Positions 25,301 to 37,499 of a DNA stretch of 62,037 bases are shown piece after piece. The stretch covers positions 19,717,964 through 19,780,000 of the forward strand of contig CM069168.1 in assembly GCA_035221665.1 (NCBI GenBank). The letters run 5' to 3'. The notes under the pieces are model-generated. The model was given only the letters and a program-made list of their open reading frames with translations, searched no databases and had not been told where the DNA came from. The position numbers were made by a program, and so were the translations under genes. The DNA comes from Okamejei kenojei (lineage: Eukaryota). Numbering within the stretch: position 1 is the first letter of the stretch; every line of letters begins with the position of its first letter.

Positions 25301-26394
25301 TGGGTGATAGGTGAATGCAGTGGTTGGTGAAACAAGGACTGGTGACTCTCCTCTCATCTCCCTGAATGGGAGTTGAGCTGGAATCAGTCTAACCCCTTCA
25401 ACATGTGCCCACATCTAACATCAAATTAACGGGTTAAGGCAGAAAAGCCTCTTCCATTTAGTTAATTGAAAAGAATAAGATTGAAAATCCAGTGTGACAA
25501 TCAGACATTAATAACTGCTCCATTGTATCAAGCTTCAGCCTCTGTGTTGGGATCAATAACATAATGTTTCTGGTTTTATTTCCTTTCAGATATTCTGGGA
25601 CTTTGGCCTAGTTTCCTCTGCAATGTAATGATTATTGGTGTGTGGAGATTGAACGGGTGCCTGGAGCTAACAGACAGAGCAGGGAGCAAGTCCAGTCAGT
25701 GTTATATCTTGCACTCACTGTATCCTCCATCTGTGCACGTCTTTCATGTTTCCCAGTTTAATATTTCCCATTGAAAATAGTTTATTTATTCGGGGTTCAT
25801 CACTGATTGCCCCAGGACGTGTCAACTGCAGAATACACCAGCAATTAATCTCCATCACCCAGGTTGGTGATTCCAGGGCAATGATTCATGGCAGCTCCGC
25901 TCTGACGTAAACTAATATTTACGGTTACATTACTGACTCATTTTAGTGCTATTGATTTTCTACCAAACCCACCGCGTATAGAACCACTGATATTGATCAT
26001 TAAAAATGTCTCAATTGCCAAGGCTAACTCAACTCTGCCATGGTCCATCCAGTATAAACTCTCCTGAAAGCTGTCACTGACCAAATTCTGGGCCATCTGC
26101 CCTGATTCCTCTCACATACCTGGTGTAATACATTCCTATCAAGGCCCATGAGAAGCTTTGCTCTGCATCAGGGCACAATGTAAATGCAGGTTGTTGATCG
26201 TTGCACCCGCTACAGAAGAGATTTTTCCTCCCTCGGTTTGGACCACACCCTCAGCATCAGAGGTGAAAGGTCAGCAGGTAACCATGACACCTGTCCAACT
26301 GGTCAGTGTGGGGTGGAGTTAACATGGTGGCACCGAATAATCTCAGAAAATATTTGGTTTCATTTCCACTGAGACAGGAAATTGACAGCTATCC

Positions 26395-26970
26395 AAGGCC
26401 TCTAATTCCTCAGAAAACTTAGGAAGTTTGGCATGTCCCCAACAACCCTCACCAATTTCTACAGATGCATCATAGAAAGCATTTTATCGGGACGCATCAC
26501 AGCTTGGTTTGGGAAGAACTCCAGCACAAGAAATTGCAACGAATTGTGGACGCAGCCCAGACCATCACACAAACCAACCTCCCTTCCATCGACTCCACCT
26601 ACACCTCACGCTGCCTCGGCAAGGCCAGCAGCATCATCAAGGACCAGTCTCACTCCGGTCACTCCCTCTTCCCCCCCTCTCCCATCGGGCAAAAGGTACA
26701 GAAATGTGAAAACACTCACCTCCAGATTCAGGGACAGTTTCTTCCCGGCTGTTATCAGGCAACTGAACCGTCCTCTCACCAACTAGAGAGTGGTCCTGAC
26801 CTCCCATCTACCTCATTGGTGACGCATGGACTATCTTTATTTGGACTTTATCTAGCACTAAACGTTATTTCCTTTATCAGTACACTATGTAATCATGTAT
26901 AGTCTTTCTGTTGACTGGATAGCACACAACAAAATATACTTCAGTACACGTGATCATAATAAACTAAACT
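26395..26970 (+). mobile_element. Rex1/Babar-type LINE 3' fragment
   Basis: LTNFYRCIIESILSG.ITAWFG...SRCLGKASSIIKD.SH...PSGKRYR...RFRDSFFPAVIRQLN. Confidence 0.8.
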
Positions 26971-28635
26971 CAATCTAGAATAGCCAAGTTCATAATCTTC
27001 CAACCAACATTTAGTTTGTGGAGCTTGTCACAACAGCAAAATCTGGATCTTGACTTTATCACGAATAATTTTATCGATATTTCTTCATCATCAAGAGAGA
27101 TTACTGGGAGTTTCAGTCCCGATTATTTTGGGGCAAGACACAAGACAAGCTGGTCTGTCTCCCACTCATGGCATCTGTTCATGGTTACAAGGAGAGGTTG
27201 GACAAGCATGTCCTGGGTTCTCTGGAGCAGAGGCTGAGAAGAAACTCGACTGGTTGATAAAATTATGAAAGACATGGATAGGGTGGAAGGTCAGACCCTC
27301 TTAACCCCCAGGATGCAAAGGTCAAAGGCTAGGGGGCATGGCTAGAAGGGGGACAGTTAATGTGTGGAGCAAGATGTTTTAAACAGTGATGGCGGTTCCC
27401 GGAACACACTGTGGTGCAAGCAGACATGACGGAAACTTTAAAGTGGCTTGTAGACAGACCCATGAAGAGACAAGGGTCAAGGGATACTGACCACTTGCAG
27501 GCAGCTGAGATCTGTTTAAACTGACATCATGGTTAGCATAGAAATACTGGGCTGAAGGGCCTGTTCATGTGCTGGCTGTGGTATGTTCCATGTCCAACAC
27601 TGTCATGGAACGACTGGACTCTATGAGTTGACACACTGGGTTTTGTTCTGTGTCTCAGGAGCAGGATGAAAAGTATTCTTGTGAACAGCAGCCTGTTGCT
27701 GCCGTGAAGATGCAGTCTGCAACACAAGGGTGTGGGCTGCACATTTCACAGAGCGATAGCAAGGGGAACTTCTGCATTCACATGCATACATGAGATAAAA
27801 CAGAACAACTCCGTGCCCAAACTACCCACAGACAGCTGACCCTTCCCCCTCTTTCCACTGAGAGGTATCTACAGACGAACATTGGTGTTACAAATAGTTG
27901 GCGGTTGTTCTCATTACTGCCACTGGCTTGTGCCAGGCTTGTAAATGAAACACCTTGGGTAAAGGTGCAAAGAAACAACTCCAGGTGTGACTGGACAAAC
28001 AGCTGGCATGACAAGTGTGACAAGAAAATACAATGGAACTGGGAAAGACCAACAAAGGCCATGTGAAAGGCAAAGACAAAAGTATATTTAAAGGTAAAAA
28101 AAAAAGCAAAGAGCAGGGTGTACCAAGGTTGTTTGTGTGCAATCCAGCCAAAGATGGACTGGACATGAATCCAATCAAGCCGCCCACAGGCGAAGCATGA
28201 CAACATTTAGTGCAAAGTTATAACATTGATGTCCGACAGCAGTGTCTCCAGAGAGGTAGATGGGAAGTCAGGATTGCCTATAATTAGATATTGTAGTACA
28301 ATATATAATATATTATACTAGAATATAATTTTGGAAATTTAAAATGATACTTTTTTTTTCAGGTGTCATGACATCACAAGATGCCCTGACTCTGTAGGTA
28401 AATTAGAGACTTTAAATAAATCATCATTTTTAGAGGCTAAAAAGCTCTGGTCGACTGACTGCATTAGTTCATCTTCACAAGATTACTATATTACATATTT
28501 AATTAGCCAATGTTTGTGTCAGAGTTCTGAGGGAGAGATAGAAAGGTTCCAGTGAACTACAGACCAGTCAGCTTAACACTGGACAACCTACAGATGGGTA
28601 AACGGACAAGGCATTGGAAAGACACATTGCTGGAG

Positions 28636-28874
28636 GAGGGTACACAAAAAGCTGGAGAAACTCAGCGGGTGCAGCAGCATCTAAGGAGCGAAGGAGATAG
28701 GCGACGTTTCGGGTCGAGACCCTTCTTCAGACTAGCAGTATGCTAGTCTGAAGAAGGGTCTCGACCCGAAACGTCGCCTATCTCCTTCGCTCCTTAGATG
28801 CTGCTGCACCCGCTGAGTTTCTCCAGCTTTTTGTGTACCCTCGATTCTCCAGCATCTGCAGTTCCTTCTTTAAA
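28636..28874. mobile_element. Young Penelope-like insertion with 5' inversion (perfect palindrome), nested in an older copy
   Basis: Arms 28636-28737 and 28741-28842 are exact reverse complements; TSD ACATTGCTGGAG at 28624 and 28875. Confidence 0.88.
28745..28778 (+). ncRNA. Minimal type I hammerhead ribozyme motif (PLE type); mirror copy on minus strand at ~28700-28733
   Basis: AGU-CUGAAGA-A-GGGUC-UC-GACCC-GAAA-C-GUC-GCC: core boxes, stem II, palindromic ACGU stem III, GUC cleavage triplet. Confidence 0.75.
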
Positions 28875-30454
28875 ACATTGCTGGAGGCACTCAGCGGGTC
28901 AGGCAGCATCCGTGGATAACATGGATAGGTGGCGTTTCACAGAGTGCTGGAGTAACTCAGTGGGTCAGGCAGCATCTGTGGAGAATATGGATAGGTGACG
29001 TTTCACAGAGTGCTGGAGTAACTCAGTGGGTCAGGCAGCATCTCTGGAGAACATGGATATGTAATGTTTCGGGTCAGACTGAAGCATTGTCCCGGGCTGA
29101 AACGTCACCTATCCATGTTCTCCAGAGATGCTGCATTCAGCACGGGACCAGAACTGCCCAGAGTATCGACATGCGGCTGAACTAAACTCTTGTAGGAATC
29201 TCCCCGTCCCAATCCCCAAGCACCAACGTGTGACTCTATGACTCTGAGCACCAATCTATTCTGTCCACTCATTCAGGGTAGGGTGGAAAATGCCACTCTT
29301 TCATTTTCATTAACAGATTCCCCCCATTTCCTACAAATGCCACAAGCTTCATGAACATTAATATGAACATTACCGCATGTTACGCCACAGGAAACATTAC
29401 ACAACTCTGTCCACATTTCAGCCCTGTTCCTTTCTGCAATATCATTTCTCAAAATCATAATTTTAACTCTCGCCCCGTTAATCTCCCAACACCAGAATGA
29501 TGCTTTAACTACCATGGCCACTCACAGTGTTTGCAGCCAGCTTTGTGATTCACTGTGCAGACAGAGCCACCTACACTGTGTCCACTCTGTGCCCTTGCTG
29601 ATTCCCCCTCTAATGCTGCTTCGCCCTCTAATGCTGCTTCCCCCTCTAATGCTGATTCCCCCTCTAATGCTGCTTCATCCTCTAATGCTCCCCGTTACTC
29701 CAGATGTCACGACAAGCCCAGTGTCCAGCTCAGGGCTCTGCTACATCGTGGGCCTCCCACAGACACGCTCCCCATTTACACGTGTGTGGCATGACCATAC
29801 TGTGTGCTGGCGTGATACACCGTGTGCCGTGTGGCGATAGCATGTGCAGCTCTCCTGCCGGCCACAGGCTCCCACTCTCCAGATCAGACAAAGACTGGCT
29901 GCTGTCAACTGGAGCATCACCAGGAAGGTCAGTGTGTTCAGCGTTGCTACAGGATGTCCTGTCATTATCTCAGCATCATATCAGGAGGAAGTCAAACCAA
30001 ATATAAAACCAAGTAACACTCGCCCTCTCTCCATCCCTAACAACCGAGCTTTTGTGTCAGAGTGATACAGCACAGAAACAGGCCCTTCAGCCCATCCAGT
30101 ATATGTTGACCAAGATGTCTCTGGAACCTTGTTGACTGTAAAGGGAGTGAGATTGGCTTCACTCGAGTCAGTGCAACAGTCGGTGTATGGATCTGGGCTC
30201 AGCGTCCTCCATCAGCTGCCCTTCCCACCCTCACTGCATCTGAGTTAATCTCCGTAGCTCCACCGCCCACTCCAGCCACGAACACTGCCTGGTCTCGCCA
30301 TCCACACCTCCCCACCTCCAGTTACCCACCCCCCCCCACGCCTATCTCCCGCTCACTAATTACCACAGTGCTACGCTCATTGTGCCCACGGCAATGTATC
30401 CATTTTAACACTCACAATTTAACCCATTTTTGCCGTGACCCCCTCTTCGTGAGA

Positions 30455-30822
30455 GGAGAGGAGGGGAGGAGTGGAGGAGGGGGGATGAGAAGGGGATGGG
30501 AGGAGGGGAGAGGAGTGGAGAGAAGAGGAGGGGAGGAGAGGCGAGAAGGGGAGGAGAGGAAGGGAGGGGAGGAGAGGAGGGGGGAGAGGAAGGGAGGGGA
30601 GGAGAGGAGGGGTGAGAAGAGGAGGGGAGGAAGAGCGAGAAGGGGGGGAGAGGAGGGGAGGGGTGGAGAGGAGGGGTGAGAAGAGGAGGGGAGGGAGAGG
30701 CGAGAGGGGGAGAGGAGGGGAGGGGTGGAGAGGAGGGGGGAGAGGAGGGGAGGGGTGGAGAGGAGGGGGGGAGAGAGGAGGGGAGGGGAGGAGAGGAGGG
30801 GGGAGAGGAGGAGGGGAGGAGA
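30455..30822. repeat. Polypurine (GGA/GAG) tract; similar GA tract at 16555-16700
   Basis: Almost pure A/G on the plus strand. Confidence 0.9.
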
Positions 30823-31270
30823 GCTAAAGAGCACATTTAACCTTCCTGTTAAATACTGTGCCAGCACAAACCTCAGGACAAAGCAAAAGCCAGAGTTTCT
30901 GTGCTGACCAGGGTTTACCACAGACAGATTCCAGGTGGAGATACAGGCGGGAACACATTTATCCACAGCCTGGGTTTTATAAAATCTGAGGAACAGAATG
31001 ACCTAGCAATGACACACTGTGCTGTGCAAGTCCTCACCTCTGGGAATAATGTGCGTCTCATGGAAACTCAATGCAATAAAGCAAGTCTGGTTATCCAAGA
31101 GGAACAGAAATGGAATGTGGCACAGGAAGGAAGAGTGGAGCACGTTGAACTGGAGTGGGCAGTAACCTACCGTCACACACATGCCTGTAGTAACAATGAC
31201 TGAATGTAGTCCACAATCCACATAATGAAATGTTAAACTCCAGTAACACAGGGCAGGCACTATACAATGC

Positions 31271-31395
31271 AGACACAAAATGCTGGAGTAACTCAGCGGG
31301 TCAGGCAGCATCTCTGGGGAGAAGGAATGGGTGATGTTTCGGGTCGGACCCTTCTTCAGACTACCTTTGATTTAAACCAGCATCTGCAGTTCTTT
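31271..31395. mobile_element. PLE 3'-end copy (minus) plus terminal fragment (plus)
   Basis: Same ~100-bp family including the reverse-complement hammerhead core. Confidence 0.7.
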
Positions 31396-31773
31396 CGTAC
31401 AATATATACTAGTGTGTTACACTCCAGTACCAGTGTATTATACACTAAGTGTGTCACACTCTAGTACCTGTACATTGTACATTGGGCGTGTTACACTCCA
31501 GAACCAGTGTATTATATACTAGTGTGTTACACTCCAATACATTATATACTAGTGTGGTATACTCCAGTACCAGTGTATTTCATTTCGGAGTCACGTGAGT
31601 GACTTCGTGAAGACCCCGCCAGCACGCATGCGCAACATATCGTCGCTCGCAGTTGCTGTGACGGCTGGAGGAGGAGCGCGCTCCACCACAAGCCCTTCAT
31701 AAGGACCGCTCAGGTAAGGGGAACTAACCTTGAGCTGGTTAGTTTCCTGTGTGAAACTTGTTTTACAGGAACG

Positions 31774-33969
31774 ATGGACAGGAGTAAGAGGATTTCTAGC
31801 AGCAGGACTTCCGACTGGAGTCAGCGGTTGCAAACCCCGGAGCTGCCCGCTACAACGGCAGCATCCGCTCGTCGGGCCGGGAAAAGAGCGCGGAAGATGG
31901 GGAGTCCTACACCAACGGGACCCGACTCCCCACCACAGCTGTCTTCAGAGCAGCAGAGTGGAAGGAGCACCACGCAGGAGCAGGGTAGGCAAGACCCAAA
32001 TCTGAGGAAGGACATTATTGCCATAGAGGGAGTGCAGAGAAGGTTCACCAGACTGATTCCTGGGATGTCAGGACTGTCTTATGAAGAAAGACTGGATAGA
32101 CTTGGTTTATACTCTCTGGAATTTAGGAGATTGAGAGGGGATCTTATAGAAACTTACAAAGTTCTTAAGGGGTTGGACAGGCTAGATGCAGGAAGATTGT
32201 TCCCGATGTTGGGGAAGTCCAGGACAAGGGGTCACAGCTTAAGGATAAGGGGGAAATCCTTTAAGACCGAGATGAGAAAGACTTTTTTCACACAGAGAGT
32301 GGTGAGTCTCTGGAACTCTCTGCCACAGAGGGTAGTTGAGGCCAGTTCATTGGCTATATTTAAGAGTGAGTTGGATGTGGCCCTTGTGGCTAAGGGGATC
32401 AGAGGGTATGGAGAGAAGGCAGGTACGGGATACTGAGTTGGATGATCAGCCATGATCATATTGAATGGCGGTGCAGGCTCGAAGGGCTGAATGGCCTACT
32501 CCTGCACCTAATTTCTATGTTTCTATGTTTCTATGACCCTGACTTGCCACTATCCTCTACACTTAGGGGAAGTGTGGCCAAGGTGCGTACGCATGTTACC
32601 CGCTCGACGGCACGTTCTCCCTTCCCAGTCACACAGGTCACCAGAGGGCGACCCAGGGGAAGAGCTGCACGCCAGTCGGTGAGCCCAGCTATAGGAGCCG
32701 GGGTCGACTTTCCACTGGAGCAGACCGCCAGAGCACGGACGGGTGAGGGATCGAGACCAGAGCCTGCTAGCTCCGCAGGTGGGGCCGGCATAGACTCACT
32801 ACCGGGGGAGCCTGCCAGATCATGGGCCGGTGCAGTCTCATCTCGGTCACCGCACCCCCCTTTAGCGGCAGGATATGACCGAATGTCGCCTTTGTCCCTA
32901 AGGAGAACAGGGGCAAGCCCGCGCGGACGTCGGTGCACCACGCTTCAGTGGCCGGGTCCGACTCGTCACCGCTTATGTCCTATCAGACTAGCGGGCCGCC
33001 TCCGTCCGGAAGACGGCGGACCAGCGGCAGGTCCGCGCGGGAGTCGCGCAGCACCGCGGGGAGCGACATCCTGTCACGACACCCGTGTTATCACCTCAAC
33101 GAGGTGTGGGCTGATGACGGAAGCCTCAGGAATTCCCCAGCACCTGAGGAAGTCGACTTGTCATCAGCGGATGGTGGCGGCGGTCGCATTGAACGCATGG
33201 AGCGCATGATGGAGCGTCTCCTGGAACACAATCTCCAGCAGCAGGACCGTGTGTCCTCTAGTTCAAGGAGATATGTGGCTGGGGCCCCTAGCATATCCCC
33301 ATCATTGGTGGGGAGTGCCAGGGATCAGCAGCTGGGTGAAGAGGGTGATGGCTTACAGCAGGAACCTGAGGTGCTTGAACAGGCCCAGGAAGAACTTCAA
33401 GGAGTTGTCTCCAAGTTCGCCCAGTCAAAGCCCTCGGGTCAACCTCTTCAACCCAAATTGGCGGCTAGTATTGACTTCCTCGCCACCCACCAGCTGCAAG
33501 AACAAGTCCTTAATGAAGCAATGAACCGGTACAATGCACCAAACAACTTAATTCATTGAATGTGCCCACAGTAAACACTCCCATTTGGGGCAACATCAGC
33601 TCGGGGATCAGAGCGCAGGAGCTTAAATTGCAAAAAATCCTCAAGCTGCTCACGTCGGGGATCACTGCTTTTGCCAGGTCGATAGATGGAACGGAATTGA
33701 CTACAGAGCAAGAGGATGCTCTTGGTCTATTATGCAACACTCAATACGAGATTAATGCATTCCGGAAGATCACCATAAAGCCGACCCTGAACCCAACGTT
33801 TGCAGGATTATGCAAAGCATCCCCGACGCCACCGCCGAGACAGCTGTTTGGAGAAGACCTGGATGACCAAGCGAAGACAGTTGTGTTGATGAGACCGCCT
33901 CCTTCCAGCAGGCAGACATTTCGGAGGTTGCCATATTCAAGACCTCGGGGGCCGCCTGACAGGCTGTAA
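31774..33969 (+). pseudogene. DIRS ORF1 (gag-like), interrupted by a CR1 insertion and frameshifts
   Basis: ATG 31774; removing the CR1 rejoins QGRQDP-DLPLSS in frame; later pieces 32933-33559 and 33556-33969. Confidence 0.75.
31998..32534 (+). mobile_element. Young CR1 3' fragment inserted in DIRS ORF1
   Basis: TSD GACCC (31993-31997 / 32535-32539); near-identical to 7358-7890. Confidence 0.93.
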
Positions 33970-34121
33970 GGACCTACACGCCGGCAGCACCACATCAACA
34001 ACAACAACAACTACAGAAGCCTTTTTTAGGACCAGGCCCTCAGCGACCGGCGTGGAAGATTCGGCAAACCCAAAATCCAGCACCTCCACGGAACACCAAA
34101 AATGTCGGCCCGCCGGTAACC

Positions 34122-35640
34122 ATGGAGGTGAGGCAGTCTGGTTCTCATGCACGTTTTGCATGTGAAACCTCACAAATTGGTGGGAGATTGCGGTTTTTTG
34201 GGGATGCATGGAGTTCTATCACCTCAGACTTGTTTATTTTACAAAGTATTCAGAGGTACGAAATTGAGTTCATGAATGAACAACTTCCCCCGCCTCAACA
34301 TGTACCAGACAGTAAATTTGCACTTTCCCATAAGGTAATAGCGGAAGGGCATGTTGAAATTTTGAGGCTACAACAAAAAGGGGTGATAGAAAAAACGATT
34401 CACGAACATCTTGAGTTCGTATCCAACATCTTTACCAAAACCAAGAAAGATGGTGGATGTCGTATCATTATTGATCTAACCCATCTGAATACCTTTGTGC
34501 AATATACCCATTTTAAAATGGACACGTTTGAAACAGCCAAATGACTGTTTTCCAGAGATTGCTTCATGGCATGCATCGATTTAAAAGATGCATACTATTC
34601 AGTATCCATACGGGAACATCACCGAAAGTTCTTGAAGTTTGTTTGGATGGATCAGCTGTGGCAATATAGAGCCCTACATAATGGGCTTACTACAGCCCCT
34701 AGATTATTTACCAAATTATTGAAACCAGTGTTGGCAACACTGAGGATACAAAACCATATTGTCATGGCCTATTTGGATGACATCCTAATAGTAGGAGATA
34801 TCATGGATTCAACTAATTTAGCAGTAACAACTACTACATCATTGTTTTAAAAAATGGGGTTTGTAATCCATCCAGACAAATCTAAGTTCTACCCATCACG
34901 GGTTATGGACTATCTGGGATTCACGATTGACACCAATCAAATAATTGTTACCATCTCAGCTAACAAAGCTATGGATATCATTGGAGCATGTAATGAACTT
35001 GTTTGCGCCAGGGCACTGACAATCAGACATGCTGCTAAGGTAATTGGGAAATTGGTAGCTACATTTCCAGCTGCCCAATTTGGACCTTACATTATCAACA
35101 TTTACAAAGAACAAAGATTTCAGCATTAAAAATGAATGCTGGACATTTTGATAGACCTATGCAGCTGCCAATCAAGGCAAAATTTGAGTTACAATGGTGG
35201 ATTGATAACATTCATAATTCATTCAAGTCCATCATTGTGCCTAATCCGTCGGTGGTTTTACAAACTGATGCAAGCGCCCGGGGTTGGGGAGCTACCGACA
35301 CCCAGTTGTGGCGGCAGATGGGATTCACATGAATCTACCCTTCTTTTATCACAAGGGATAAATTATTTCGAGATGCTGGGGGCATTTCACGGACTACGAG
35401 CTTATTGTACAAGCCTCTGTGATACGCATGTCCGTCTCCAAATAGACAATACCACAGTGGTGGCATATTTAAATCATATGGGTGGTTTCAAGTCAATATC
35501 TTGTGATGAATTGGCTAATTCAATTTGGCTCTGGTGCATAGAATGAAATATTTGGATATCAGCTACCTATCTTCCAGGTAAGCTCAATACAGTGGCGGAC
35601 ACCAGGTCACGAGTATTCAACAATAATATTGAATGGATGT
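34122..35640 (+). pseudogene. DIRS reverse transcriptase / RNase H, with stops and frameshifts
   Basis: IGGRL..F..AW, FVSNIF..KKDGG.R.IIDL, DLKDAYY, YLDD (34770-34781), TDAS..GWGA, DNTT, N..AD..SR. Confidence 0.92.
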
Positions 35641-36046
35641 TGAATCCCCAAATATTTGCAAAAATCACCTCCAAATTTGGTACACCAGATATCGACCTTT
35701 TTGCGTCAGATTGAACCATCAGATACCAACATATGTATCTTGGGAACCAGATCCTGGGGCAATAGCGATGGACGCTTTCTTGCTGCACTGGGGGAAATGG
35801 TTTTTCTATGCATTTCCTCCATTTTGCCTCATCAGTCAGGTATTGCAGAAAATAAAATCAGATTCTGCAACAGGTATTTTAATAATACCCGACTGGCCTA
35901 CACAACCATGGTATCCGGTGGTCCTTGGGATGATTATAGAACCTTGGGCACTTCTAAACAAGAGCCCAGATTTGGTGACTAACCCGACTACAGGGGAATA
36001 TTATCCATGCCACGGTCATTTGAACCTGTTGGCCTGCAGGTTTTGA
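35633..36046 (+). pseudogene. DIRS C-terminal phage Dam-like methyltransferase (MT) domain
   Basis: PDIDLF (frameshifted), DAF...W, YAFPPF, LIIPDWPTQPWY motifs typical of the DIRS1 MT domain. Confidence 0.8.
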
Positions 36047-37023
36047 AGAGACCTCTGCTACAATACGGACTCACACCAAGGACAATGGACACCATCAGAG
36101 CATCGTGCAGAGAGTCTACCAGACGGCAGTACCTGACACAAATCAGAAAATGGGAGGCCTATTGCACAAGGATCAACATCACGTATGACTCTGCCACGAT
36201 ACCACATGTGCTGGAATTTCTCGCGGGGCTGCACCGTGACGAACATCTCAGCTACAGCGCCATCAACAGTGCCAGGAGCGCACTGTCCTCCTACCTCTGC
36301 ATAGGGGTAGGATCACACCAGCTGGTGTCAAAATTAATGAGGGGTATCTTCAATTCAAACCCTCCCCGACCATGTTACAACGTTACCTGGGACATTGGAG
36401 TGGTGCTGACCCTCCTCAGGAATTGGTCGCCGATGATTCGACTACTGCTGGACAAACTAACCCTGAAAGTGGTGATGTTGATGGCCCTAACATCAGCTCA
36501 GCGGGTTCAGACCTTACCTAAGATCAATATGGATAATATGGTCTCTACCCCTGATAGAATAATCTTCTATATTGATGAGTTACTCAAGCAGCATATACCT
36601 GGGTTCACAGGGATGCAGCTGATATTTCCGGCATACCCCGCTGATGAGAGGCTCTGCACAGCCACCTATATCCGTCACTACATTAAAGTGACGCATACCC
36701 TCAGGGGAATGGAGAGGTACCTGCTGATTAGCCATAAGAAACCCCGTCACAGGGTGACGGTGCAGACGGTCTCCAGGTGGCTCAGGGTAATACTGGATGC
36801 AGCAGGTATTGATATTAATATCTTTAAATCCCATTCTACCAGGGCTGCATCCACATCAGTGGCGAGGACCATGGAGGTGCCCATGGACCATATCCTTGCC
36901 ACAGCGGGCTGGGCTAGCGAAGCTACATTCCACAGGTTTTACAACAAACCTGTGACCGTTCCTGCTATGTTTGGGGAGACCGTGCTGAGTGCTGGTCAGC
37001 AACATACATTTATCCCTGTATGA
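36007..37023 (+). CDS. DIRS tyrosine recombinase, open 338-codon ORF
   Basis: N-terminal SAM-like region (YSAINSARSALS), catalytic R (AQRVQ), HSTR, AGW, RFY. Confidence 0.92.
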   Translation: MPRSFEPVGLQVLKRPLLQYGLTPRTMDTIRASCRESTRRQYLTQIRKWEAYCTRINITYDSATIPHVLEFLAGLHRDEHLSYSAINSARSALSSYLCIGVGSHQLVSKLMRGIFNSNPPRPCYNVTWDIGVVLTLLRNWSPMIRLLLDKLTLKVVMLMALTSAQRVQTLPKINMDNMVSTPDRIIFYIDELLKQHIPGFTGMQLIFPAYPADERLCTATYIRHYIKVTHTLRGMERYLLISHKKPRHRVTVQTVSRWLRVILDAAGIDINIFKSHSTRAASTSVARTMEVPMDHILATAGWASEATFHRFYNKPVTVPAMFGETVLSAGQQHTFIPV

Positions 37024-37499
37024 GGGGTTTTTTGTTTGTGATTAATAAACGTTATTATTTTTCAGCTCGTCAAGTCTGAAATACATTAATATACTCCTTC
37101 CATCAATATTGTGCCGTGTATGAGCATGGACGTGATCCAGGGCATGTAATCACAGAGCTTTGAAATCTTCACAAAGTCACTCACTTGACTCCAAAATGAA
37201 ATAGTAAGATTAAATGAGAACTTACCAGTTTGAAATTTGATCTTTATTTTATGAGGAGCTGTGATGAGGGATTTCGTGCCCTCCACTCCCAACCCTCTAC
37301 TATAAGGTCAACTGGTATATAGAGTCTCTTCAATCTTACTATACTAGTCATTTATGGATAGTTCTGTGATTCCACACCGCTGCTTTGAAGAATGTCGCGC
37401 ATGCGTGCTGGCGGGGTCTTCACGGAATCCCTCATCGCATCTCCTCATAAAATAAAGATCAAACTTCAAACTGGTAAGTTCTCATTTAATCTTACTATT

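Larger units (their letters stand above)
31577..37499 (+). mobile_element. DIRS1-type tyrosine-recombinase retrotransposon, structurally complete, ORF1/pol degenerate
   Basis: Left ITR ~31577-31640, right ITR ~37391-37424 plus right extension to 37499, ICR ~37166-37278 complementary to both ends; gag-like, RT, RNase H, MT and YR coding regions in DIRS order. Confidence 0.95.

Noticed and set aside
29136-29160. REST/RE1-like TTCAGCAC half-site
   Set aside because: Right half does not match GGACAG at the correct spacing
36007-37023. Phage integrase or bacterial contamination
   Set aside because: Embedded in a DIRS element with RT, ITRs and ICR inside a vertebrate intron
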